Shown here: in pieces, positions 1 through 8,997 of the stretch
Numbering within the stretch: position 1 is the stretch's first letter
Layout of the letters: each line of letters begins with the position of its first letter
Origin: Gammaproteobacteria bacterium
GTDB taxonomy: Bacteria; Pseudomonadota; Gammaproteobacteria; Ga0077554; Ga007554
Direction: 5' to 3'
DNA: 64,000 bases
Assembly (NCBI GenBank): GCA_033717875.1
Contig: JADDKJ010000015.1
Coordinates: 285-64,284, forward strand
Made by a program: the position numbers and the translations under genes
Notes under the pieces: generated by a model
What the model was told of the DNA's origin: nothing
Databases searched by the model: none
The model's input: only the letters and a program-made list of their open reading frames with translations

Positions 1-70
1 CGGAAAAATCGGCCAGCCAACAGGCTCAGGCCGCATGAAAGAAACGGTGACAACTATCTTGAAAAACGCC
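1..70 (+). mobile_element. Possible right end of an insertion sequence interrupting the TpsA gene (family not assignable)
   Basis: A plus-strand frame ends ...EKSASQQAQAA-TGA (to 38), followed by a short AT-richer tail ending CTTGAAAAACGCC at 70, exactly where the TpsA frame departs from a GHSxG motif. Only 70 bp are visible. Confidence 0.35.
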
Positions 71-3000
71 GGCTGTGGCCGGTCACATCAAGTGTTCCGC
101 CTTGATCTCGAACTTCATTGGCGATGTCGATGTTGGCCTCCGCAGCATTGCTAATACCCAGAATGGGGCCGAAGAATTTGTCCCAGCCTGCATAGATGAC
201 CTCGGCAATGGCCGATCCCGTGTGGGGGTTGATGATGACGTAAACGCCCTGTGCATTGGCCTGGGAGGTGCTCTGCTGGTAGGCGTTGCGCAGCGCCTCT
301 TCTTCGCTGTTCATGATGCCGTGGTTGAAGACATAGACTTTTCCATCCGGCCCTACTTTCACATCCTTGGCGTCAACCTGCCGTCTCTGGCAATCACCCT
401 GAGAATCGCATTTTTGCAGGATGATTTTTTTGTCCGCCGTTTCTGATCTGTAGATTGCATCCGAGATCGTTGTGATTTCCTTGAAGGTTGCCTGCTTGAT
501 CGCCTGCTCCGCCTCCACCGTCCGCTGCATCCCCTGCACGTCCAGTTTCTGTGCGGCGCTGTGGGCACTGGCCGTGTCACGATTCAGGCTGGCGATGGTT
601 TCTTCGGCGGTTTGGCCGGTGCGTTGTTGCTGGGCGGCGTCATTGGTGATGGTCACCATGCCACCACTCACAGCACTGAGCGTTTTCCCTGATGAAGAGT
701 CCGACTCGCTGCTGTTGTTCAGCGCGTTGCCAATGATAGCTTTGCTTGCACCGTATTTGCCCTGGGTAAACATATCACTGCTCAAGGTGATGCCGCTACT
801 CTCGGCGCGGGCATCCGCTTTATTCTGGATATCGCTCTGCGTCAGCGTGGCGGTGGTGAGGCTGTTCCTGCCCTCCTCGATCGCCTTGTCCGTGCTGGCG
901 ATCACCGCGCCTTTGAGATCGGTATTGCCTTTCACATCGATCTGGAAACCGCCGTCACCCGCCTTGATGCCGGATTGCTCGGTGACGCTGGCGAAGTCGC
1001 TGTTGACCTTCTGCTGGCTGGCACTGAAGCTACCGCTAGCCTTGCCGTAACCGACCGATACGCTGCCGCCGATGCTCTGCTGTTTGCTGTCGTACGTGCT
1101 GGTGTCTTGCAGGCTCTCGATGTTGAGGTCTCCACCCACATTGGCAGCAACCTGTTGGCCACTGGCCACTGCGCCTTTGATGTTGGTGTCGCCGCCGGAT
1201 TCCAGCGTAAGCGTGTTGCCCGCATCGATGTGGGTATTCGTCCAGGCCGCATCGCCGCCATCGGCATTGCCGCGCCCGCCGCTGGCGCTGGCGGTTGCCA
1301 TCAATCCGTCGGTGCCGAAACTTACGCCCAGGCTGGCGCTGCTCGATTTATTGCTGCTGTGCTGCTCGGCGGTGCTCCGTGCGGCCAGCAGGTTGATCTG
1401 ATCATCGGCCTTGAGGCTGACATTATTGCCTGCCGTGACGCGGCTGCCCTGGATCGCCAGGTCGCTCTCGCTGCCCGCGCCCGTGGCCTGGATAGTGATG
1501 TTGCCACCGGCCATGACGGTACTGCCCTGCGCGGTGCTGTTGGTCTGGGTGCTGCTGCTTTGGCTCTGGCTGCCGCCTGCCGAGATACTGACGTTGATGC
1601 CACCCGCCTGTGCGGGGTTCCGGGCGACCGCGTTATAGGCATTGTAGCCCGCCAGTCCTGTGGTGGCGAGCGCCAGGGCTTGCAGTCTGAGGTCGCTGGT
1701 CTGGCCGGCGGCGCTGGCCATCTGTTGCCCGGTCTGGAGGGCTTCGATCACCGGGCTGGTGAGGGCTACGGTGAGGCCCGATTGTTCGAATTTCGTTTCC
1801 TGGGTGGCCTGGCCGGTGTTTTGCGCTTCGACGATGTTTACCGTTTGGGCGCGGATGTCGATGTCGCCCTGCGGGGCGATGACGGTGCTGCCGGTCTGCT
1901 GGTAGGCCTTTCCGGCGGTGAGGCTGACGTTGCTCTGGAGGCTGCCGACCGTGCTGCCGGACTGGAGGGTGGTGGTGCTCTGGGCATTCTGGCGCTGCTG
2001 CTGCGTGCCCAGGGTGAGGCTGGCGCCGCCGTTGGCGAATATGCCGTCGGTGGTTTGCCGCTGGGCCGAGGCGGTGTGGAGGGTCTGCTGCACGGTAGTG
2101 AGGGTGAGATCGCGGCCCGCGTCGATGGCGAGGCCGCCATCGGCCACGGCCTGGCTGCCGATGAGGGTGACATCGCGTCCGGCCTGGATGAACACCGTAT
2201 TGCCGGTGACGGCACTGCCGGTTGTTTGTGTGATGGCGGTGTCCGCGCCCTGGGTGGTGGTGACGCTCTGGACGAGGGTGCCGCTCTCATCATGGCTTTC
2301 ATCCACGGCGCGCTGCGCGGTGGTGGCGGCTTGGAGGGTGATGTCGTTGCGGGCCAGCAGGCTGGCCTGGCCGGCGCCGGCGGTGAGATAGGCGCCGGTG
2401 ACGGTGAGGTTGCCGGTATCGGGCACGCCGGACTGGCCGGTGGCGCGCACGGTGAGGCTGTCACCGGCGATGAGATTGCCGCCGGTGAGGGTTTCGGTAT
2501 CTTGCGCGATGCGGTGGTAGTTGTCGTTGCCGACGGTCTGGATGTCGTGGCTCTGGCGATTCGTGACCGAGGCGATGTTCACATTCGCGCCCTGGAGCAG
2601 GATGTTCGAGCCCGCCACGAGATCGGCGCCGTTCAGGGTGGTGTCGTTGCCAGCCACCAGCGTGGCGCTGTTGCCGGCGGTGAAGGTGGTGAGCTGATGG
2701 GTGGTGTTTTCTTCCGTGATGAAGCCGCTGCGGCCCGCGACGCTGTGGCCGGAGGTGTCGCGGCTCTGGATCTGGTAATAGCCGGCCAGCGCCTCCAGGG
2801 CGATGTTACGGCCGGCGGTGGCGACGAGATCATTCAGGGCGGTGACGGTGCTGCCTGTGGCGCGCAGGTCGCGCCCGGCATCCAGGTGCACATTGCCGCC
2901 CTGCACGGTGGCCATGCTGTCGAAGGCGATGCGAGTGCTGCTGCCGTCGGCATTGACGGTGTCGAGGGTATTGGTCTGCAACACCAGATCGTGCCCGGCC

Positions 3001-6000
3001 TGGAGCGTGATCTGGCTGTCGTTACCCAACCCATCGATGAGGCCGGAGAGATTTTTCAGGTCGTTGCGGGCGCGGGCGACGACGTTCTGGCCGCTGATGC
3101 GCCCGCCCTGGTTGACCAGGTCGTCACCGACGATCAGGGTGGCGCTGCCGCGCGCGGCGATGGCGCCGGAGTTGTTCAGATTGCCTTGGGCCTGGATGTA
3201 GACATTCTCGCCGGCGATCAGCGCGCCATCGCTGCGCAGATCGCCGCCTTCGGGACGGCGCAGGTAGACTTGCGGCACGAGGACTTGCGTGGTGCTGCCA
3301 TCGGGGAGGGTGACGGTGCGGGTGGTGAGCCAGACGATGTCGGTGGTGAGAATCGCCATCTGCTCGCCGGTCAGCGCCACGCCGGGAGTGAGCTGGTAGT
3401 CGCGGGCGAAGGCGACGCCGGCTTCCATCAGGGCCTGGTATTGCTGTTCGCTGTCGCGGTAACCGGTGAGATAGCGCTGGCTGGTCAGGGCGAGGATCTG
3501 GCCGTTGACGAGCTGCTGTTCGTAAAAGCCGTCGCCATAGCGCTTCAGATGCCGCTCGGGGTCGAGGTTGAGCCGGGTGAAGAAATAATCCGAGCTCACG
3601 AAGTCGCGCTGGCGGGTGAAGCGCGGGTCGGTTTCGATCAGATAGCTGGCTTCCGGTTCGGGGTGAAGGACGAACAGGCGGCTGCCGGGCACGGACAGGC
3701 GTGGCGGAGCGGTGAGAATCACGTCGCGCGCGCGTTCGTCGCTGCCGATGGCGGTTACGCGCTGGATGGACAGCGGGACATAGTCGTTGGTGTCCAGGGT
3801 GGCGCCGATGCCTTGGGGTGTGGCGGCGCGGGTGTTGGCCGAAGCGGTTGTGGCGGTGCTTGCCTCCGTGTTCGATGGGGCCAAGATAGAGGCGGCCAGC
3901 GGTCGGGGCGCGGTGAGATTCTTATTTTCCTCGACGGTGATCCCTATCAGCGGCGCGTTATGGCCGTCCGCATACAGTGGCGCTGGATCGTAACGATTTT
4001 CCCCGTACCAATCCCGGCAGTGATCGCCGCCAAAAAAACCACAGCTATTGACCTGGGTGTATTCCACAGTGCCGCTGTAATCGGTGCGATCCATTTTGAG
4101 TGTTGCCACGTCGTTGAGTCCACCATCGAGGAGCTTGTAGAGATTGCCCCCCGCCACGATCTGGCTGTCGAAATTGTCGACCCGTCCGCCGCTGATCATC
4201 ATATCGCCACCCGAGAAGATTTGGGCGGGGTTGCTGTTGAGCAGTTTGTTATGGGTGCGGGTCGCGGTCAGGCGGTACAAGTAAAAGTCTTCGAAACTGT
4301 TCACCCGGTTGTCTTCGTTGACCTCGGCATTGTAGGCGTTGATCTTGATTTCCAGTTGGTCGAGTGCGCTTTGATAACCGATATCCCATGCCGCATAGTC
4401 ACTGCGCCATTGCCTGCATGCCGCACTGTTGGCCTGGAAGCCCGAGCAACCGCCGGCGGGTGAGGTGGGAGGAGCGCTGACCGGTGTCACGCCAAAGCGG
4501 GTGAATTCGGGTGCGTCCCAGGTATAGTTGATTTGCTCAGTGCCGAAAAAACCGATTCTTTCGCGCACCGGATCCAAAGGGCTACGCTGGCCGTATTTGT
4601 CAGGGTATACCTTGCAGTTCATGTAGTCGCCGTCAAGCCAGCACTGTAAAGCCGGATATTGGGTATTAGAGCCTCTCGCTTGGATTCTTTCCTCCTTCTG
4701 TGAGGGGTCGATTACTGTGATGAAGCTCAGGTTGTCATTACGATTGGTGAGCGTGGTGGCGCCGATATACAAATTGCCGAGCGCCTCGATGCGGCCCGAT
4801 CCGTTGCGCAGGCTGGTGCTCCATCCCGTCACGTTGCCTTTGTCGTCCAGCCCACCGCCGATCACCATATCCCCCAGGCTGAAGAGCAATCCGCCGTAGG
4901 TGTTGTTGATCGTCCGCGTGCCTATCAACAGCAGGCTGCGCGCGCCGACGACGCCGGGGCCGGTGTTGTCGAGGGTGTCGCCCGCGATGCGCAGGTCGTC
5001 GCTGTAGATGCGCGCGGTGTTGCTGATGATGCCTGCGCTGATATCGGTGTCGGTGCCATCGATGAGGCCGTTTGCGGTGTTGGTGAGTGTGCCGCCGATA
5101 TTGAGCCGGGTGAGATGGGCGCTGATCTCGCCGCTGTTGGTGAGATTGCCGGAGGTGGTGGCCGTGAGCGTGTCGTTGGCGATGAGTGAGCCGCTGTTGG
5201 TGATGCTGCTGGCGTTGATGGTGAGATCCTTGCGTGCCGAGAGCAGGCCGGTGTTGAGGTAGTCGCCCTGGATGTTCAAGGTTACGTCATTCGATGCGAT
5301 CGTGCCGGCCGGGGCCTGGCTGCGGGTGGTCACCGTGACGCGCTCGTCACCCACCAGGGTGCCAAGCGTATTGTTCAGGGTGGTGGCGTTGACAGTCAGG
5401 TTGCGTCTGGCGCTGATTGTGCCTTGGGTGTTGTCCAGGGTGGCGGTGGCGAGTGTAGCGTCATGGGCAGCACGCATCGTGCCGCCGGCATTGGCAAATG
5501 TCGATGCATTGATCGTGACATCGGTGGCGTCGATCCGTCCCGCTGAGCCATTCGCGGCGCTGTTGTCGAGCATGGTGGCGTCGAGCGCGAGGTTGCCGTT
5601 GACGGCGATGCGCCCGCCGCGATTGTCGATGAGCCCGCCGCGATTGTCGATGAGCTGGCTGGCGTGCAAGCCGCCATTGCCCAGTGCATTGATCGTTCCG
5701 CCGCCGTTGAGGATGTTGGCCGCATCGATGGCGATGCCGCCATTGCTGACGATCTGGCCCGTTACGCCGTCCAGCATGCCATTGTTCAGATCGGCGGCGA
5801 TGTTCAAGGTCTGGTCTCCATTGCTGGCGAGATAGCCCGATGCGCTGTGCAGCGCGCCGCTCTGGATATGCAATGCGCCGCCCGCGACGATGCCGCCTGT
5901 GCTGCCGCTGCGGGTGACGGTCAGGCGCTGGCCGTGGGTGTCGATGCGGGTATCGCCCGCCGACATCAGCAATCCCTGGTCGTTGTCGAGCGCCTGGGTG

Positions 6001-8960
6001 TCGGCGCTGAGTTTACCTCCGGCGATCACCGTGCCGCCGGTGTTGTCGAGGTTGCCCGTGGCGAGTGTCACGTCTATGCCGCTGATGAGGCCGGCCTGAT
6101 TCGCTGTATCTCCGGCGGCAATCGTGGTATTGCCCGCGGCTTGCAGTTTGCCGCGTTGGTTGTCGAGCGCCTGGCCGTTGCTGTTGATGCTCAGGTTGCC
6201 TTGCAGGCTGGCCACTGTGCCGTCGTTATTGATGAGTGGTGAAGCAGTCAACGCGACATCGCCGTTGGCGATGATCCGGCCGCCGCTGTTGTCCAGCGAC
6301 TGGCCTTGGGTGTCGAGGCTCAGGGATGAGCCGGAGAGCAGGCTGCCCAACTTGTTGCGGATCTCGCCGCTCTGGAGGGTGAGGCTCCGGCCGCCGCTGA
6401 TCCAGCCTTCTTCGTTGGTGAGCAATCCCGTGCCCAAGGTTATCCGCGCGTCCTGTTTGGCGTTTACCATGCCCATGGTATTGTCGAGCGCCGCGCTTGT
6501 CAGAGAGATCTGGCCGTCGCTGACGATCTGGCCGCGATTGACGATGGCGCCGGTGTTGTCGATGGCTACTCTGTTGTTGGCGAAAATGACGCCAAAGAAA
6601 TTGCTTAGTTCGCCGGTGGCAAGGGTGATCGTGTCGCTGGCGGCGAGGGTGCCGCTGTCGTTGATCAACCGCTGGCGTTGGGTGTCAATGGTGAGTGCCG
6701 TGTCCGAGGAGATTTGACCTGCCGAGTTGTCGAGCTCCAGGCTAACGATCCGGGTGCCGGTCGCCGAGCTGATGATGCCCATGCGGTTGTTGGTCTGGCC
6801 CGCGCTTATCGACACCGCGCCCTGGAAGGCGGCGATGGTGGCGATGGCGGAGGGGTCGAAGGAGATGTCTGGAATGATATAGGCTTCATTGGCGTTGTTG
6901 GTGAGCGTTCCGGTGGTGAGGGATACTCCGCCCCTCGCCAGTATCTTGCCCCCGGTGTTGTCAAAGCTGCCCGAGTGCAGCGCCAGGGCGCCCGCGCCGG
7001 CCTGGATCACGCCGTCGAGGTTGTCCACACTGCCCGGTGTGGCAAGGGTGAGGCCGTTGGCCGCGTCGATCATCCCCTGCTGGTTGATGATCGCGGCGGC
7101 ATTTATGCGCGCCTGTGTGCCGTCCTGGCCGACGGAGATAATACGGCCTTGGTCGTTGGTGAGCGTGCCGGCATCGAGGGAAAGGCCGGCATCCGACACC
7201 AGCACACCTCCGGTGTTGTCGAGCGCGTTGCCATGGGTGTGCAGGGCAAGGCCGCTCTTGCCGGATATCACGCTGTTCTGGTTGCTGACGATGCCGGTGG
7301 TCATGATCCGCGTGGCCTGGTCGCTGATGATTTGGGCATGGTCATCGTTGATCAGATTTCCTGCGGCGACCGTGACATTGCCGCCGCCGAGCAGGCTGCC
7401 GCCGCGATTGTCGACGGCGCCCGTGACGGCAATATCCAGCTCGCTGCCCGCCAGGATCGTACCATCCTGGTTGGCGACCGATGCGCCCTCCAGCAGCAGC
7501 GATTGCCCGGCCTGCCACAGGCTCGCCGTATTGCTGATCCGCCCGGTGGCGCGCAGATGGCCCGCGGTATGGAGTTGGGTGTCGAAGGAGATGATATCGC
7601 CCAGGGATGTCGCGTCGAGGTCGAGGTTGCGATCGGTGATGACCTGCGTGCCGTTGAACTGGATGGCCTGCGCCCGCACGCTCAGATCGTCCGCCGCCAG
7701 CAGTGCGCCCTGGGTATCGGTGAAGCGCGCCGCGCGCAGATCGAGCCGGCCCGCGCTGTAGATGGTGCCGCTATTGCTGGCGTCTCCCGTCGTGGTGATG
7801 TCCATCGTGCCGGTGCCGCGCTGGACGAGTTCGCCGCTGTTATCAAGAAGCAAAGCGCTGATCGCCAGTTGGCCTTGCGCATCCACGATGCCCGACTGGT
7901 TCACACTGCCGCCACTGGTGATTCTTGTATTCCCCTCGCTCACCGTCTGCCCGGCCAGTGTGGCGTTGCCGCGGCTGGCGAGCTGGATGTCCTGTTTGGC
8001 GTAGCTGTCTTTGAGGGTGAGGTCGCCATTGGTGGAGAGCGTCAGATTGCCCTGCAAGGCCGCCATGCGGCCCTGGCTGTTGACGCCCAGCCCTTGTTCG
8101 GTGGCCACCAGATAGACTTGGTTGGCATACATGCCGCCCACGTCTTTGATGTCGATGGCAAAGCGGGGCGCCGTCCCGTTGCCGGCCTGGGCGGTTGCCC
8201 GCAAAGTGGCGTAGAGCACCTGATTGGCGCCCGCGATGGCGTTCAGGTTTTTGGCCCAGACCTCGCCTTCTATCACGATGCCGCGCGCCATCAAGTCGAG
8301 TTGTTCGAGGTGGGTGGCTGTCAGGCCACGGTCACCGATGGTCAGTTGTCCCTGGCGCACATCGAATCCGGTGAGGCTGCCGCCCTCGCCGAAGCGAGGT
8401 GTTCCCGTAGTGAGGCTGGCCCGCCCGGTGTTGAGGAAACCGCAGCCGTCGCAGGTGATGCCGTTGGGGTTGGCGATCACGATGTCCGCCCGCCGGCCGG
8501 CGATTTCTATTGTCCCGTGCAACTGCGAGGGGTTGGCCGTCACGACCTCGTTGAGGATGATGCGCGCCGGGGTCGGACCCATTTGCAGGTTCCCGCCGAT
8601 CCAGCCGCCGAGTTGCGTTTGAGTGGCCCCCGTGCTGTTGTTGAGAATCAGCCCATTCGGATTGACGTTGAACTGGTCGTACTGATTATGCGATACGCCC
8701 GCGCCGCTGGGCGGGGCGATATGAACGAGGGGCACGCCATTGGCCGCGGCATCCATGATCGGGCGCTGACCGGCGGGGGCGTTGCTCGCGGGCGCGATGG
8801 GCAGAACAGGGCCATCCGCAGCCAGTGTCGGGGCAGGCAACGCTACGAGGATGCTTTGCCACAAATACACCATCAGCACCGTCTTCGCCACACGCCGTAG
8901 CCAGGGCGCCCGGTTCGTTGTTTCTTGTTGGACCTGTCTCACGCAGCGATTTTTGTTCAT
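54..8960 (-). CDS. Filamentous haemagglutinin/CdiA-like TpsA exoprotein, probably C-terminally truncated
   Basis: MNKN start, signal peptide, TPS domain (GVSHNQY..FNV, ILNEV, IANPNGITCDGCGF), many xxNxxGxI beta-helix repeats, YP-type segment (YLIETDPRF..SSDYF..GDGFYEQ), FHA-2 repeats. Adjacent to tpsB. Start could be 8969. Confidence 0.92.
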   Translation of the reverse strand: MNKNRCVRQVQQETTNRAPWLRRVAKTVLMVYLWQSILVALPAPTLAADGPVLPIAPASNAPAGQRPIMDAAANGVPLVHIAPPSGAGVSHNQYDQFNVNPNGLILNNSTGATQTQLGGWIGGNLQMGPTPARIILNEVVTANPSQLHGTIEIAGRRADIVIANPNGITCDGCGFLNTGRASLTTGTPRFGEGGSLTGFDVRQGQLTIGDRGLTATHLEQLDLMARGIVIEGEVWAKNLNAIAGANQVLYATLRATAQAGNGTAPRFAIDIKDVGGMYANQVYLVATEQGLGVNSQGRMAALQGNLTLSTNGDLTLKDSYAKQDIQLASRGNATLAGQTVSEGNTRITSGGSVNQSGIVDAQGQLAISALLLDNSGELVQRGTGTMDITTTGDASNSGTIYSAGRLDLRAARFTDTQGALLAADDLSVRAQAIQFNGTQVITDRNLDLDATSLGDIISFDTQLHTAGHLRATGRISNTASLWQAGQSLLLEGASVANQDGTILAGSELDIAVTGAVDNRGGSLLGGGNVTVAAGNLINDDHAQIISDQATRIMTTGIVSNQNSVISGKSGLALHTHGNALDNTGGVLVSDAGLSLDAGTLTNDQGRIISVGQDGTQARINAAAIINQQGMIDAANGLTLATPGSVDNLDGVIQAGAGALALHSGSFDNTGGKILARGGVSLTTGTLTNNANEAYIIPDISFDPSAIATIAAFQGAVSISAGQTNNRMGIISSATGTRIVSLELDNSAGQISSDTALTIDTQRQRLINDSGTLAASDTITLATGELSNFFGVIFANNRVAIDNTGAIVNRGQIVSDGQISLTSAALDNTMGMVNAKQDARITLGTGLLTNEEGWISGGRSLTLQSGEIRNKLGSLLSGSSLSLDTQGQSLDNSGGRIIANGDVALTASPLINNDGTVASLQGNLSINSNGQALDNQRGKLQAAGNTTIAAGDTANQAGLISGIDVTLATGNLDNTGGTVIAGGKLSADTQALDNDQGLLMSAGDTRIDTHGQRLTVTRSGSTGGIVAGGALHIQSGALHSASGYLASNGDQTLNIAADLNNGMLDGVTGQIVSNGGIAIDAANILNGGGTINALGNGGLHASQLIDNRGGLIDNRGGRIAVNGNLALDATMLDNSAANGSAGRIDATDVTINASTFANAGGTMRAAHDATLATATLDNTQGTISARRNLTVNATTLNNTLGTLVGDERVTVTTRSQAPAGTIASNDVTLNIQGDYLNTGLLSARKDLTINASSITNSGSLIANDTLTATTSGNLTNSGEISAHLTRLNIGGTLTNTANGLIDGTDTDISAGIISNTARIYSDDLRIAGDTLDNTGPGVVGARSLLLIGTRTINNTYGGLLFSLGDMVIGGGLDDKGNVTGWSTSLRNGSGRIEALGNLYIGATTLTNRNDNLSFITVIDPSQKEERIQARGSNTQYPALQCWLDGDYMNCKVYPDKYGQRSPLDPVRERIGFFGTEQINYTWDAPEFTRFGVTPVSAPPTSPAGGCSGFQANSAACRQWRSDYAAWDIGYQSALDQLEIKINAYNAEVNEDNRVNSFEDFYLYRLTATRTHNKLLNSNPAQIFSGGDMMISGGRVDNFDSQIVAGGNLYKLLDGGLNDVATLKMDRTDYSGTVEYTQVNSCGFFGGDHCRDWYGENRYDPAPLYADGHNAPLIGITVEENKNLTAPRPLAASILAPSNTEASTATTASANTRAATPQGIGATLDTNDYVPLSIQRVTAIGSDERARDVILTAPPRLSVPGSRLFVLHPEPEASYLIETDPRFTRQRDFVSSDYFFTRLNLDPERHLKRYGDGFYEQQLVNGQILALTSQRYLTGYRDSEQQYQALMEAGVAFARDYQLTPGVALTGEQMAILTTDIVWLTTRTVTLPDGSTTQVLVPQVYLRRPEGGDLRSDGALIAGENVYIQAQGNLNNSGAIAARGSATLIVGDDLVNQGGRISGQNVVARARNDLKNLSGLIDGLGNDSQITLQAGHDLVLQTNTLDTVNADGSSTRIAFDSMATVQGGNVHLDAGRDLRATGSTVTALNDLVATAGRNIALEALAGYYQIQSRDTSGHSVAGRSGFITEENTTHQLTTFTAGNSATLVAGNDTTLNGADLVAGSNILLQGANVNIASVTNRQSHDIQTVGNDNYHRIAQDTETLTGGNLIAGDSLTVRATGQSGVPDTGNLTVTGAYLTAGAGQASLLARNDITLQAATTAQRAVDESHDESGTLVQSVTTTQGADTAITQTTGSAVTGNTVFIQAGRDVTLIGSQAVADGGLAIDAGRDLTLTTVQQTLHTASAQRQTTDGIFANGGASLTLGTQQQRQNAQSTTTLQSGSTVGSLQSNVSLTAGKAYQQTGSTVIAPQGDIDIRAQTVNIVEAQNTGQATQETKFEQSGLTVALTSPVIEALQTGQQMASAAGQTSDLRLQALALATTGLAGYNAYNAVARNPAQAGGINVSISAGGSQSQSSSTQTNSTAQGSTVMAGGNITIQATGAGSESDLAIQGSRVTAGNNVSLKADDQINLLAARSTAEQHSSNKSSSASLGVSFGTDGLMATASASGGRGNADGGDAAWTNTHIDAGNTLTLESGGDTNIKGAVASGQQVAANVGGDLNIESLQDTSTYDSKQQSIGGSVSVGYGKASGSFSASQQKVNSDFASVTEQSGIKAGDGGFQIDVKGNTDLKGAVIASTDKAIEEGRNSLTTATLTQSDIQNKADARAESSGITLSSDMFTQGKYGASKAIIGNALNNSSESDSSSGKTLSAVSGGMVTITNDAAQQQRTGQTAEETIASLNRDTASAHSAAQKLDVQGMQRTVEAEQAIKQATFKEITTISDAIYRSETADKKIILQKCDSQGDCQRRQVDAKDVKVGPDGKVYVFNHGIMNSEEEALRNAYQQSTSQANAQGVYVIINPHTGSAIAEVIYAGWDKFFGPILGISNAAEANIDIANEVRDQGGTLDVTGHSRRFSR

Positions 8961-8997
8961 GTCCGCCATCCCCACAACATCATCTATAGTTTTCGTC

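Noticed and set aside
5612-5655. 21-bp tandem repeat (IDNRGGL-IDNRGGR)
   Set aside because: In-frame slippage within FHA beta-helix repeats; not a separate element.
975-8900. Long plus-strand ORFs (1162 aa, 740 aa) opposite the TpsA
   Set aside because: Antisense shadows of a GC-rich repetitive gene with no recognisable motifs. The same applies to the long antisense ORFs over lhr, guaB, trbE and the TonB receptor.
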